From assembly GCA_028707125.1 (NCBI GenBank), contig JAQTUX010000002.1:144355-208354 (forward strand): 64,000 nucleotides of DNA, written 5' to 3'. A program made the translations under genes and the position numbers. Below the pieces are notes generated by a model. That model did no database searches. It was given only the letters and a program-made list of their open reading frames with translations, and was not told the DNA's origin. Below are positions 56,396 through 64,000 of the stretch, piece by piece. Position 1 is the first letter of the stretch. Each line of letters begins with the position of its first letter. Source of the stretch: Candidatus Omnitrophota bacterium. Lineage in GTDB: Bacteria > Omnitrophota > Gorgyraeia > Gygaellales > JAQTUX01.

Positions 56396-58105
56396 TTAAT
56401 CTCCTCCGAGTTTAACCAGCGTTCCCAGGCCCGGTATTTCATATACGCCGGCCCCCTGCTTCTGTAATAGTTTGACATAGGGCTTTATGTAATTCCGGTA
56501 GCGTATACCGAAATTCGTCGCGCATCCTGAATTTTCGGCCAGATTACGGGATACAAGAACACAGTCAACGCGCTCAGGCCGCAGCCCATTATAATGCGGA
56601 GTTTCCAGAGAACCGAAGGGCGGGATCTCCCATATATCGTATACCCTGTCTAAAGGCAGCTCCATAAATGCGCCGATGAATGTGTGCTCAAGCGACATTA
56701 TCCCCCTGCAATCCCTTACCAGAGGGCCAAGCATTTCAAAAGAGGCCTTCATCGGATAAGCGGAGTTCTGCATCAGGCGAAGATCGCCTTGACGGACGTC
56801 CTTAACAAGATCCTTTATCAGGTTTATCCTCAGGCGTGAATAACCGTCCGCGTTAGAAAAGAAAAAAAGCATTATGGGCACGGCTAAACACCCCAGAGAC
56901 GCGGCCATTTTATTCTTCGAGAAGGCGTTACGCAAATTAGCGCCATACCAGGAGGCGCCGATGATAAACACGGGGATAACGGGCACCATATATCTTGTCT
57001 TTGGCATAGAGATAACCGTGCTGGCAACGAGCAAAATACTGCCGAGTAAAAACAGCAGCATCGGCCTGCTGCCCCCTACCGCGCGAAACGCGCCATACAG
57101 GACCAGCGCAACCATAAATAAAGAGCAAAGCCAGCTGACAACCCTCAAGAAAATACCCGCGCGCGCGGTCCGGGGAAATTCCGTCATGCCGGCTATTATG
57201 GGAACAAGATATTTGATATTCCTTATGACCTGCCCCGCTACAAATGACGGATTGGCGCGGATGGCCCCGGTAATGGTCGCGGCCCCGCCAAAGATCTCCC
57301 GATTTGTAAAATAAATGTCCTTATCAGCGCATGTTCCGTATTTGAGCCGGATGAATTCCTCGTTATAGTTTTGAATAAAGGCGCCGTCTGAGAGCCTCTT
57401 GTTGTCTCCGGGAAACCACGTCCCGGTAAACAATGATGTATTGTTCCAACGGTGCGTTGACTGCATACCTATAAAATATGCCGACAACGCCATTACTAGA
57501 ATGACCGGCCAATCGGAATGCCGGGGAATCAATTGCGCGAATAAATTCTTCGCGCCTTTTTGTCTTAAAAAATTAAAGGTATCCCATATTACAAATATAA
57601 AGATAAAAATTATGTACGTGCAGCGGAACATATACGCCAGGCCAAACAAGGCATATGAACTTGCCAGCCGGAACCTGCCTGCCTGTTCCCTTCTGGCTGC
57701 GATAGCCAGGCAGCTAAATGCCAGAGCCAATTTTTGCACAGGGGGTTCCGCGCTCTGCAGGAAAGGGATCCACAGCAGGACTGCAAAGGCAGATAAATAA
57801 GGCCCCAGATATGGCCTGAATAATACAATCAGGGCTATGGCTGTAATTAATGTGGTTATAAAGTATTCGCTTGTTACCGAAAGCGGATATCCCAGCCAGC
57901 TGAAAAGGTTCAGGTATAGCGCGTAAAGCGGGCTTCTGTCAAGAACGACAAACCTGCCTGACTCAGCGAACATCCTGGCAGACAACCAGTATCCCCATCC
58001 TTCCCCGCTTATTTCCCAATGGCTGAGAAGGCTTAGCGCAAGCGCGCCCAGGACTATCAGTATAACTACGGCGGTCTTAAACGGGGTAACGGTTGAATGC
58101 TCCAT
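56396..58105 (-). CDS. GT-C-like multi-pass membrane glycosyltransferase (ArnT/PMT-like), the likely partner of the adjacent ArnC-like GT2.
   Basis: 569 aa. It has about 11 transmembrane helices followed by a C-terminal soluble domain of ~100 aa. Loop signature: GEGWGYWLSARMFAESGRF...DRSPLYALYLNLF. Confidence 0.5.
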   Translation of the reverse strand: MEHSTVTPFKTAVVILIVLGALALSLLSHWEISGEGWGYWLSARMFAESGRFVVLDRSPLYALYLNLFSWLGYPLSVTSEYFITTLITAIALIVLFRPYLGPYLSAFAVLLWIPFLQSAEPPVQKLALAFSCLAIAARREQAGRFRLASSYALFGLAYMFRCTYIIFIFIFVIWDTFNFLRQKGAKNLFAQLIPRHSDWPVILVMALSAYFIGMQSTHRWNNTSLFTGTWFPGDNKRLSDGAFIQNYNEEFIRLKYGTCADKDIYFTNREIFGGAATITGAIRANPSFVAGQVIRNIKYLVPIIAGMTEFPRTARAGIFLRVVSWLCSLFMVALVLYGAFRAVGGSRPMLLFLLGSILLVASTVISMPKTRYMVPVIPVFIIGASWYGANLRNAFSKNKMAASLGCLAVPIMLFFFSNADGYSRLRINLIKDLVKDVRQGDLRLMQNSAYPMKASFEMLGPLVRDCRGIMSLEHTFIGAFMELPLDRVYDIWEIPPFGSLETPHYNGLRPERVDCVLVSRNLAENSGCATNFGIRYRNYIKPYVKLLQKQGAGVYEIPGLGTLVKLGGD

Positions 58106-58116
58106 ATCCGGAGGCC

Positions 58117-59406
58117 TTAGATTCTGGATAACTTCTTATCGGTAAGATTATTGTAGATATTCCTGCAGTCGAATATCCTCTTCGCATGTCGCAGGACATA
58201 ACCGTAATCTATCCGCGAATGATCAGTCGCTATAACTACCATATCCTGCGATCTTAATAATCCGGCGGTCAATCTTTTTGCCTTTAAATTGATGCCGTTT
58301 ATTTTCAGGAAAGGGATGAGGGGATCGTAATAGGCAACCTTTGCGCCTGCCTTCTGGAAATATTCGATCGCGTCAAGCGAAGGGGACTTACGCAAATCCC
58401 TGACATCTTTTTTATACGTCACACCGATAATCAAAATATTTTTATCTTTTAAATCTCCGACGGCCTCCCGAGTCCTTTCAACCACGTACCTGGGCATATA
58501 TGTTATTATGTCTGACGCCAATTTTATGAATTTTGACTTGAATCCGTATTTCTTCGCCTTCCAATAAAGATACAGGGGGTCTTTTGGGATACAGTGGCCG
58601 CCTACGCCGGGGCCGGGATAAAACGGCATAAAACCGAACGGCTTGGTCCTGGCGGCATCAATGACCTCCCAGATATTAATGGACATCTTGTGCGCCATCA
58701 TCGCAAGCTCATCTATAAGCCCGATATTCACCAACCGGAAGGTATTTTCCAGCAGCTTCACCATCTCGGCAACCCGCGCCGAGGATACCGGCACTGTCCT
58801 GGCAAGGGCGCTGCCGTAAAATAACCGGGTCATGCGGGTGGCCTCAATAGTAGTGCCGCCGATAACCTTTGGTATCTTATTTACGTGGAATTTTTTATTG
58901 CCCGGGTCGATACGCTCGGGAGAAAATGCCAGCAGAAAATCCTTGCCGCAAACAAGCCCCTTGCTTTCAAGTATGGGCTGTATCACCTCTTCGGTGGTCC
59001 CGGGATACGTGGTGCTCTCCAGGATCACCAGGCTCCCGCTCTTCTGGTATCCGGCTATCTGCCGCACCGCCTTCAAAATATAAGATATATCCGGGTGGTA
59101 TTTTCTTTTAAGGGGGGTAGGAACGCATATGAGCATCACGTCAAGCTTCCCTATCTGCCTGAAATCCTGCGTAGCGTGAAACATGCCTGCCTTTACCACG
59201 GCCTTGAGGTCGGCGTCTTTTACGTCGGAGATATAGTTTACCCGCGCGTTGATGTTATCAACTCTGCCCCTGTCGGTATCTATACCGAGCACCTTAAAGC
59301 CCTTTTTCGCGAACGTCACGGCAAGGGGCAGGCCCACATATCCCAACCCCACCACCCCCACAAGCGCGCTCTTATTCCCTATCTTCTTCTCTAATTCACG
59401 TAGCAT
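58117..59406 (-). CDS. Nucleotide-sugar 6-dehydrogenase (UDP-ManNAc/UDP-GlcNAc dehydrogenase WecC/WbpA/Cap5O-like).
   Basis: VGVVGLGYVGLPLA N-terminus and the catalytic motif GPGVGGHCIPKD. Confidence 0.75.
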   Translation of the reverse strand: MLRELEKKIGNKSALVGVVGLGYVGLPLAVTFAKKGFKVLGIDTDRGRVDNINARVNYISDVKDADLKAVVKAGMFHATQDFRQIGKLDVMLICVPTPLKRKYHPDISYILKAVRQIAGYQKSGSLVILESTTYPGTTEEVIQPILESKGLVCGKDFLLAFSPERIDPGNKKFHVNKIPKVIGGTTIEATRMTRLFYGSALARTVPVSSARVAEMVKLLENTFRLVNIGLIDELAMMAHKMSINIWEVIDAARTKPFGFMPFYPGPGVGGHCIPKDPLYLYWKAKKYGFKSKFIKLASDIITYMPRYVVERTREAVGDLKDKNILIIGVTYKKDVRDLRKSPSLDAIEYFQKAGAKVAYYDPLIPFLKINGINLKAKRLTAGLLRSQDMVVIATDHSRIDYGYVLRHAKRIFDCRNIYNNLTDKKLSRI

Positions 59407-60281
59407 TTCTCAATATACTCCTTTAGCGCTTCCTGCCACGGCCTCAGCCTGTAACCCGCCGCCCGCGCGAATCTCTTATTTTCCAACACCGTGCATCTGG
59501 GCCTCTTCGCGGCAAAGCCGTATTCATCCAGCCTGGTTGAAGAAATATTCACGCCGTTATGCCCGTAGAATTCCTTTATCTTCAAGGCGAATTCATACCA
59601 GGAGCACTTGCCTGAATTCGTGATATGATAAATCCCCCGCGGATCACCGCCGCGCCCTCCGCGAAGCATCCCTATGAGGCCGGCGATAGCGCCGCTCAAA
59701 TCAACGCTATACGTCGGAATGCTGTATTTATCGCCTATTATATTAAAATCCGCGCCCTGCCTTATCTTCTTTATCACGGTATCTACAAAGTCCTTGTGCC
59801 GCGCGCCGAAAAGCCAGCTTGTCCTGATGATCAAATACTCCTTGAGCGTCATCGCGCATATTTTTTCCGCTTCAAATTTTGACTGCGCGTATACATTTAT
59901 GGGCTTCGGCTCATCATCCTCTGTATAGGCAGACAGCTTGGTACCGTCAAAAACATAATCCGTGCTTATGAATATAAGTACGGTCCCTGATCCCGCGCAG
60001 GCCTGAGCTATGTTACGCGTCCCCTCCGCGTTGATATTGAACGCTGATCGCGGGTCTTTTTCGCAAGCATCAACGTCTGTCAGCGCTGCCGCGTGGATCA
60101 CGACCCGCGGGGACTCGCGGATAAATACCTCTTGTACCTTTTTGGCATCCGTGATATCGCAGTCAGAGCGCCCGATACCCTTTACTATATATTTATCTGA
60201 AAGCGCGCTGGTAAGGCAGCTGCCCAGAAGGCCGCCGGCCCCGGTAACCAGTATCTTTATATTATTCTTTTTTTCCACCAA
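59391..60281 (-). CDS. rfbD: dTDP-4-dehydrorhamnose reductase (RmlD family) or a related 4-ketoreductase.
   Basis: ILVTGAGGLLGS...YAQSKFEAE (YxxxK). It sits in the RmlABD gene block. Confidence 0.75.
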   Translation of the reverse strand: MVEKKNNIKILVTGAGGLLGSCLTSALSDKYIVKGIGRSDCDITDAKKVQEVFIRESPRVVIHAAALTDVDACEKDPRSAFNINAEGTRNIAQACAGSGTVLIFISTDYVFDGTKLSAYTEDDEPKPINVYAQSKFEAEKICAMTLKEYLIIRTSWLFGARHKDFVDTVIKKIRQGADFNIIGDKYSIPTYSVDLSGAIAGLIGMLRGGRGGDPRGIYHITNSGKCSWYEFALKIKEFYGHNGVNISSTRLDEYGFAAKRPRCTVLENKRFARAAGYRLRPWQEALKEYIEKCYVN

Positions 60282-61213
60282 TCAAAATTTCCGGAATACC
60301 AGCCTATAGTCAGATTTAACGCGTCATTAAAATTATATTCTGGCCGCCAGCCCAAGGTCCGGATTTTATGCGTGTCAAGGCTGTATCTAAAATCGTGGCC
60401 GAGGCGATCTTTCACGCGCCTTATCATATTATGGCCCTTATTCATTTTCTTCAATATGAGTTTTGTGAGATTCAAATTGGTAATCTCGGAATTGCTGGCA
60501 ATATTGTAAACCCCTTCTTTCCTGCCCTTACGGATAACCGTATCTATTGCGGCGCAGTTATCGTACACATAAATCCAGTCCCTGATATTCTCCCCCCGGC
60601 TGTAAAGCGGGACCTTCTTGTTCCTAAGTAAATTGGTGATAAAAAGCGGGATTACCTTCTCAGGATATTGATACGGCCCGAAATTATTGCCGCTCCTGGT
60701 GATTATAACGGGAAGTCCGTAGGTGTTGGCGTAAGACATGCAGAGCAGGTCCGCTCCTGCCTTGCTTGCTGAATAGGGATTGCCCGGAGCAAGAGGAGAA
60801 TCTTCACGGAACCTGCCCCTTTTTATGCTCCCGTAGACTTCGTCGGTAGATATCTGAACGAATAGCCCGGCGCCGCTTCCCTTGCATGCCTCAAGCAGAT
60901 TGCGCACACCCGCTATGTTGGTGTCAATAAAACAGCTTGAATCATTAATGGAACGGTCAACGTGCGTCTCGGCCGCGAAATTAACTATAACATCCGCCTT
61001 CCCGGCCAATCCCGTAACCAGGCGCCTGTCGCGTATATCCCCTTTTACAAACCTGTGCCTCTTATCGGCCTTAAGCGAGGCAATATTATCTATGTTGCCG
61101 GCATATGTAAGCTTATCCAGATTGATTACCTCTGCCGCCTTGTATTTATTCAATATGAATTTAACAAAATTGGAGCCGATGAATCCGGCTCCGCCCGTGA
61201 TCAGATATCTCAT
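60257..61213 (-). CDS. rfbB: dTDP-glucose 4,6-dehydratase (RmlB).
   Basis: MRYLITGGAGFIGSNFV...STDEVYG...YSASKAGADLL. 318 aa. Confidence 0.85.
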   Translation of the reverse strand: MRYLITGGAGFIGSNFVKFILNKYKAAEVINLDKLTYAGNIDNIASLKADKRHRFVKGDIRDRRLVTGLAGKADVIVNFAAETHVDRSINDSSCFIDTNIAGVRNLLEACKGSGAGLFVQISTDEVYGSIKRGRFREDSPLAPGNPYSASKAGADLLCMSYANTYGLPVIITRSGNNFGPYQYPEKVIPLFITNLLRNKKVPLYSRGENIRDWIYVYDNCAAIDTVIRKGRKEGVYNIASNSEITNLNLTKLILKKMNKGHNMIRRVKDRLGHDFRYSLDTHKIRTLGWRPEYNFNDALNLTIGWYSGNFDWWKKRII

Positions 61214-61932
61214 TTCCGCTCTTTTCTCGCGATAAGATTATTGGCCCTGAGAAGCGATTCGTGCGTCCCGCAGTCAGTCCACCATCCGCTTAATATATCA
61301 AAAAACATCTCCTGTCTCTCTATATAGGCATTATTTACATCCGTTATCTCCAGCTCGCCCCGCTTAGACGGCTTGAGAGTGCGTATAATATCAAAGACCC
61401 GTGGATCATACATATATATGCCGGTGACTATATAATCGGACTTGGGATTCCTGGGCTTCTCCTGGATTGAAACTATCCGCCTGCCCCTTAATTCCACCAC
61501 TCCGAAACGTTCAGGGTCCGGCGCCTTCTTTATCAATATCCTCGCCCCTCTTCTCTGCCGCCTGAATTTTTCAACATAACGCTTTATGGATTTCTCCACG
61601 ACATTATCTCCCAGGATAACCGCTATTTTGTCTCCGTCGGCAAAATGCTCCGTAAGGGCCAGCGCCGCGGCGATCCCGCCCTCGCCTTGCTGATAAGTAT
61701 AGTTAATATGTTTTAAGCCGAAATCCGAACCGTTTCCCAGAAGCCGCAGGAAATCTCCGGCGTTATTGCCGCCCGTAACGATCATGATATCCGTAATGCC
61801 TGCCTCAACAAGGGCCATGATAGGGTAATACACCATCGGCCGGCAATAGACAGGTAGAAGGTGCTTGTTTGTGATGCGGGTCAACGGCTCTAAACGCTTA
61901 CCCAACCCGCCTGCCAAAATTACGCCTTTCAT
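61210..61932 (-). CDS. rfbA: Glucose-1-phosphate thymidylyltransferase-like nucleotidyltransferase (short-form RmlA).
   Basis: MKGVILAGGLGKRLEPLT...KHLLPV. 240 aa. It is adjacent to rmlB and rmlD. Confidence 0.6.
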   Translation of the reverse strand: MKGVILAGGLGKRLEPLTRITNKHLLPVYCRPMVYYPIMALVEAGITDIMIVTGGNNAGDFLRLLGNGSDFGLKHINYTYQQGEGGIAAALALTEHFADGDKIAVILGDNVVEKSIKRYVEKFRRQRRGARILIKKAPDPERFGVVELRGRRIVSIQEKPRNPKSDYIVTGIYMYDPRVFDIIRTLKPSKRGELEITDVNNAYIERQEMFFDILSGWWTDCGTHESLLRANNLIARKERK

Positions 61933-61945
61933 ATTATCACGCGTC

Positions 61946-62006
61946 CATTTTCCTCTACAGGCTTACGCCTGTAGAATCCTCATTCCCCACACGTAAGTGT
62001 GGGGTC
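61946..62006 (-). repeat. Copy A of a ~60 bp double-hairpin intergenic element, between the rmlC-like and rmlA genes.
   Basis: On the transcribed strand it reads GACCCCACACTTACGTGTGGGG-n10-CTACAGGCGTAAGCCTGTAG-AGGAAAATG. That is two perfect 8 bp stems with 4 nt loops. It is about 90% identical to copy B at 62465-62524. Confidence 0.8.
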
Positions 62007-62459
62007 CGGATGTAACGGCCTCAAATTATCCCAGTCGTAATATTCATTCTTTATGCGGAATTCATCCGGTTTGTTTCTATCGTACTCGGGATCAATGCAG
62101 TTTATTATAAATGCCTCTCCCGCTAAACTCTTAAATGCGTGGAGCACGCCTTTGGGGATACCTACAAGGCAAAAGTTTCCCTCGCCGATCTCGAATTCGT
62201 TGAGCTCGTTCTTTGTCCTGCTGTTATCGCGTATATCGACTAAAACGAGCTTTATCTTTCCTTTGATGCAGCAGAAGAAATCGGCCTGATCTTTATGCAG
62301 ATGGAACTTGTCCTTGTCCTTCGTGACCCCTTCAAATGCCGTTGTCAGATATACCTGCCGCGGCTGGATACCTGTTTCCGATACCCGGAATATCTCCATA
62401 AGCCGCCCGCGCTCGTCGGAGATCACCTTAAGCTTCTTAATCCTGACGCCTTCTATCAT
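61980..62459 (-). CDS. RmlC-like cupin: a dTDP-4-keto-6-deoxyhexose 3,5-epimerase, or more likely an FdtA/QdtA-type 3,4-ketoisomerase.
   Basis: 159 aa. It has DERGRLMEI, FHLHKDQADFFCCIKGKIKLVLVD (the HxH(K) pattern of FdtA-type isomerases, against RGLHFQ in RmlC) and GIPKGVLHAF. The last ~10 codons overlap repeat copy A. Confidence 0.55.
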   Translation of the reverse strand: MIEGVRIKKLKVISDERGRLMEIFRVSETGIQPRQVYLTTAFEGVTKDKDKFHLHKDQADFFCCIKGKIKLVLVDIRDNSRTKNELNEFEIGEGNFCLVGIPKGVLHAFKSLAGEAFIINCIDPEYDRNKPDEFRIKNEYYDWDNLRPLHPDPTLTCGE

Positions 62460-62464
62460 ACGCT

Positions 62465-62524
62465 CATTTCCTCTACAGGCTTACGCCTGTAGTATCATCA
62501 TGCCCCACACGTAAGTGTGGGGTC
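62465..62524 (-). repeat. Copy B of the double-hairpin element, between ugd and the rmlC-like gene.
   Basis: It has the same two stems and the same AGGAAATG tail. It begins immediately after the ugd TAG stop and ends at the mini-ORF and the rmlC-like start. Confidence 0.8.
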
Positions 62525-63816
62525 TATCTCCTGCCGATCCCGCAATAATGGAACCCCATCTTCTTCATTTTATCGGGTTCGTAAATATTCCTCCCGTCTA
62601 CAATTATGGGGTGCCTCATAAGTTTCTTTATCCTGGCGAGATCCAGCTCTTTAAACTGCGGCCATTCCGTAATAAATACCGCGCAATCGCAGGAACGGAA
62701 ACAACCGTAGAGGTCGCGGGAAAATTCCACGCCCGCGATCATATCCTTTGCCTTGCGCATGGCATGCGGGTCGTACGCCTTGATCTTTGCCCCTTCGCTC
62801 TGAAGGCGCCTTATTATGTCAATGGAAGGCGCGTTGCGCAGGTCATCGGTGTCCGGCTTAAAGGCCAGGCCCAATACCGCGATGGTCTTCCCCCTTACGA
62901 TCCAGAGCATACTTTCGATCTTTTTCATGATATTTATCTTCTGTTCCTCGTTCACCCGTTCCACCGCCTTTAATAATTCAAAGTCATACCCTATTTTCTG
63001 CGCGATATTGATAAATGCCTGAACGTCTTTGGGAAAACAACTGCCTCCGTATCCTGCTCCGGCGTCAAGAAAGGAGCGCCCTATCCTCCTGTCCAGCCCC
63101 ATTCCCTCCGCGACCTTGACCACGTCCGCCCCTACCCTGTCGCAAACCTGCGATACGGCATTTATAAAAGATATCTTCGCGGCCAGGAAAGAATTACTGG
63201 CATGCTTTATTATCTCGGCGGACTTGATATCGGTTACTATGATCGGGCAATCAAGCGGCTCATAAAGATCCCTTAATATCCTCTCCGCGCGTTTTGATTC
63301 TACGCCGATAACGACCCTGTCCGGATGCATAAAGTCGGATATCGCCTGGCCTTCCCGCAGGAATTCCGGATTGGATGCGATGTCAAACTTGACCTTTCTT
63401 TTATTATTCAGCCCCACTGTATGCTCTACCCATTTGCCTGTCTCAACCGGGACCGTGGACTTCTCCACTATGAGCCGATAGGAACGCATATATTTGGCGA
63501 TATTACGCGCGACCTTTTCCACGCCGCTTAAATCCGCCTCTCCACTTTCCCGCGAGGGAGTACCTACCGTTATAAATATTACCTGCGAGCTATCTACCGC
63601 CTCCTTGATGCTGGAAGAAAAAAACAGGCGCCTGCCGCGCGCGTTATCCCTGACCATCTCTTCTAAGCCGGGTTCATATATGGGGATATCCATCCTTTTC
63701 AGGCGCTTGATCTTCTTTTCATCGTTGTCCACGCATATGACACGGTTACCCAATTGAGCAAAGCAGGCGCCCGTAACCAGGCCCACATAACCCGTCCCGA
63801 CGATCGCGATATCCAT
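62524..63816 (-). CDS. ugd: UDP-glucose 6-dehydrogenase.
   Basis: MDIAIVGTGYVGLVTGACFA and the catalytic motif GAGYGGSCFPKD. An AAGGAGAG RBS lies 5 nt upstream. 430 aa. Confidence 0.85.
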   Translation of the reverse strand: MDIAIVGTGYVGLVTGACFAQLGNRVICVDNDEKKIKRLKRMDIPIYEPGLEEMVRDNARGRRLFFSSSIKEAVDSSQVIFITVGTPSRESGEADLSGVEKVARNIAKYMRSYRLIVEKSTVPVETGKWVEHTVGLNNKRKVKFDIASNPEFLREGQAISDFMHPDRVVIGVESKRAERILRDLYEPLDCPIIVTDIKSAEIIKHASNSFLAAKISFINAVSQVCDRVGADVVKVAEGMGLDRRIGRSFLDAGAGYGGSCFPKDVQAFINIAQKIGYDFELLKAVERVNEEQKINIMKKIESMLWIVRGKTIAVLGLAFKPDTDDLRNAPSIDIIRRLQSEGAKIKAYDPHAMRKAKDMIAGVEFSRDLYGCFRSCDCAVFITEWPQFKELDLARIKKLMRHPIIVDGRNIYEPDKMKKMGFHYCGIGRR

Positions 63817-63833
63817 GACTCTCCTTATTAAAA

Positions 63834-64000
63834 CTAACTCCCCGGCTTCGGCTGATGGTACTCTTTATTGTATTCAAATTCCATTTCCGGGAACGCCTTT
63901 AACCTGTAAATGAACCACAATGCCTCTCCCTTATTCCTGGTCACATTATAGGTAATGTCCAATTCCCCGCAGTGCAGATCGCGCGTGAGCACATATTCCT
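63834..64000 (-). CDS. 3' end of an upstream gene of unknown function; the 5' part lies outside the window.
   Basis: The open minus-strand frame ends ...EYVLTRDLHCGELDITYNVTRNKGEALWFIYRLKAFPEMEFEYNKEYHQPKPGS, with a stop at 63834-63836. I recognise no family. Confidence 0.4.
   Translation of the reverse strand, partial: EYVLTRDLHCGELDITYNVTRNKGEALWFIYRLKAFPEMEFEYNKEYHQPKPGS

Noticed and set aside
61946-62524. Possibility that the two repeated palindromic elements form a CRISPR array.
   Set aside because: There are only two copies, 459 bp apart, with a whole gene between them. Each unit is made of two separate internal hairpins rather than one partially palindromic direct repeat. No cas genes are present. 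The arrangement fits a REP-like or intergenic RNA element, not CRISPR.
1-64000. Search for tRNA or rRNA genes, insertion sequences, integrases, phage genes or a toxin-antitoxin pair.
   Set aside because: No cloverleaf-compatible segments, no transposase or integrase-like ORFs, and no inverted terminal repeats were seen. Every substantial ORF is assignable to glycan metabolism or is a membrane or hypothetical protein in that context.

Overview
This 64 kb window is one uninterrupted, very gene-dense glycan biosynthesis and glycosylation locus. I called about 60 CDS, all on the minus strand. I could support no plus-strand gene: the plus-strand ORFs in the track look like antisense shadows. Gaps between genes are tiny, with many 1-4 nt start/stop overlaps; the only sizeable gap is 53705-53900. 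I see no tRNA, rRNA, CRISPR array, transposase or integrase.

Recognisable modules:
- a complete legionaminic-acid-type nonulosonic acid pathway (4,6-dehydratase, DegT aminotransferase, acetyltransferase, NeuC-like hydrolysing 2-epimerase, NeuB-like synthase, CMP-synthetase, plus SDR and Gfo/Idh/MocA accessory oxidoreductases), next to a WbuX/HisH/HisF-like amidotransferase trio that would make an acetimidoyl (acetamidino) group
- a dTDP-6-deoxyhexose module (RmlA, RmlB, RmlD and a short RmlC/FdtA-like cupin)
- a GDP-heptose-like module (GHMP kinase plus nucleotidyltransferase)
- two nucleotide-sugar dehydrogenases
- four DegT-family aminotransferases
- a second CMP-ulosonate-type cytidylyltransferase beside an HpcH-family aldolase
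- a Wzx-like flippase
- three polyprenol-phosphate-type GT2 enzymes, plus other GT2 and GT4 enzymes
- four or five GT-C (ArnT/PMT-like) multi-pass membrane glycosyltransferases
- an E1 alpha/beta TPP-enzyme pair
- four or five class I SAM methyltransferases
- a small radical SAM enzyme

The most unusual feature is seven divergent cobalamin-binding (class B) radical SAM enzymes spread through the locus. They sit next to GT2/GT-C pairs, methyltransferases and sugar-nucleotide enzymes. This suggests extensive radical tailoring of the glycan (C-methylation, branching or rearrangement) that I have not seen described.

Also notable is a ~60 bp double-hairpin element with a 3-codon mini-ORF, repeated immediately upstream of two adjacent genes.

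Everything here comes from reading the sequence and recognising motifs. I ran no database searches, and the source organism is unknown.
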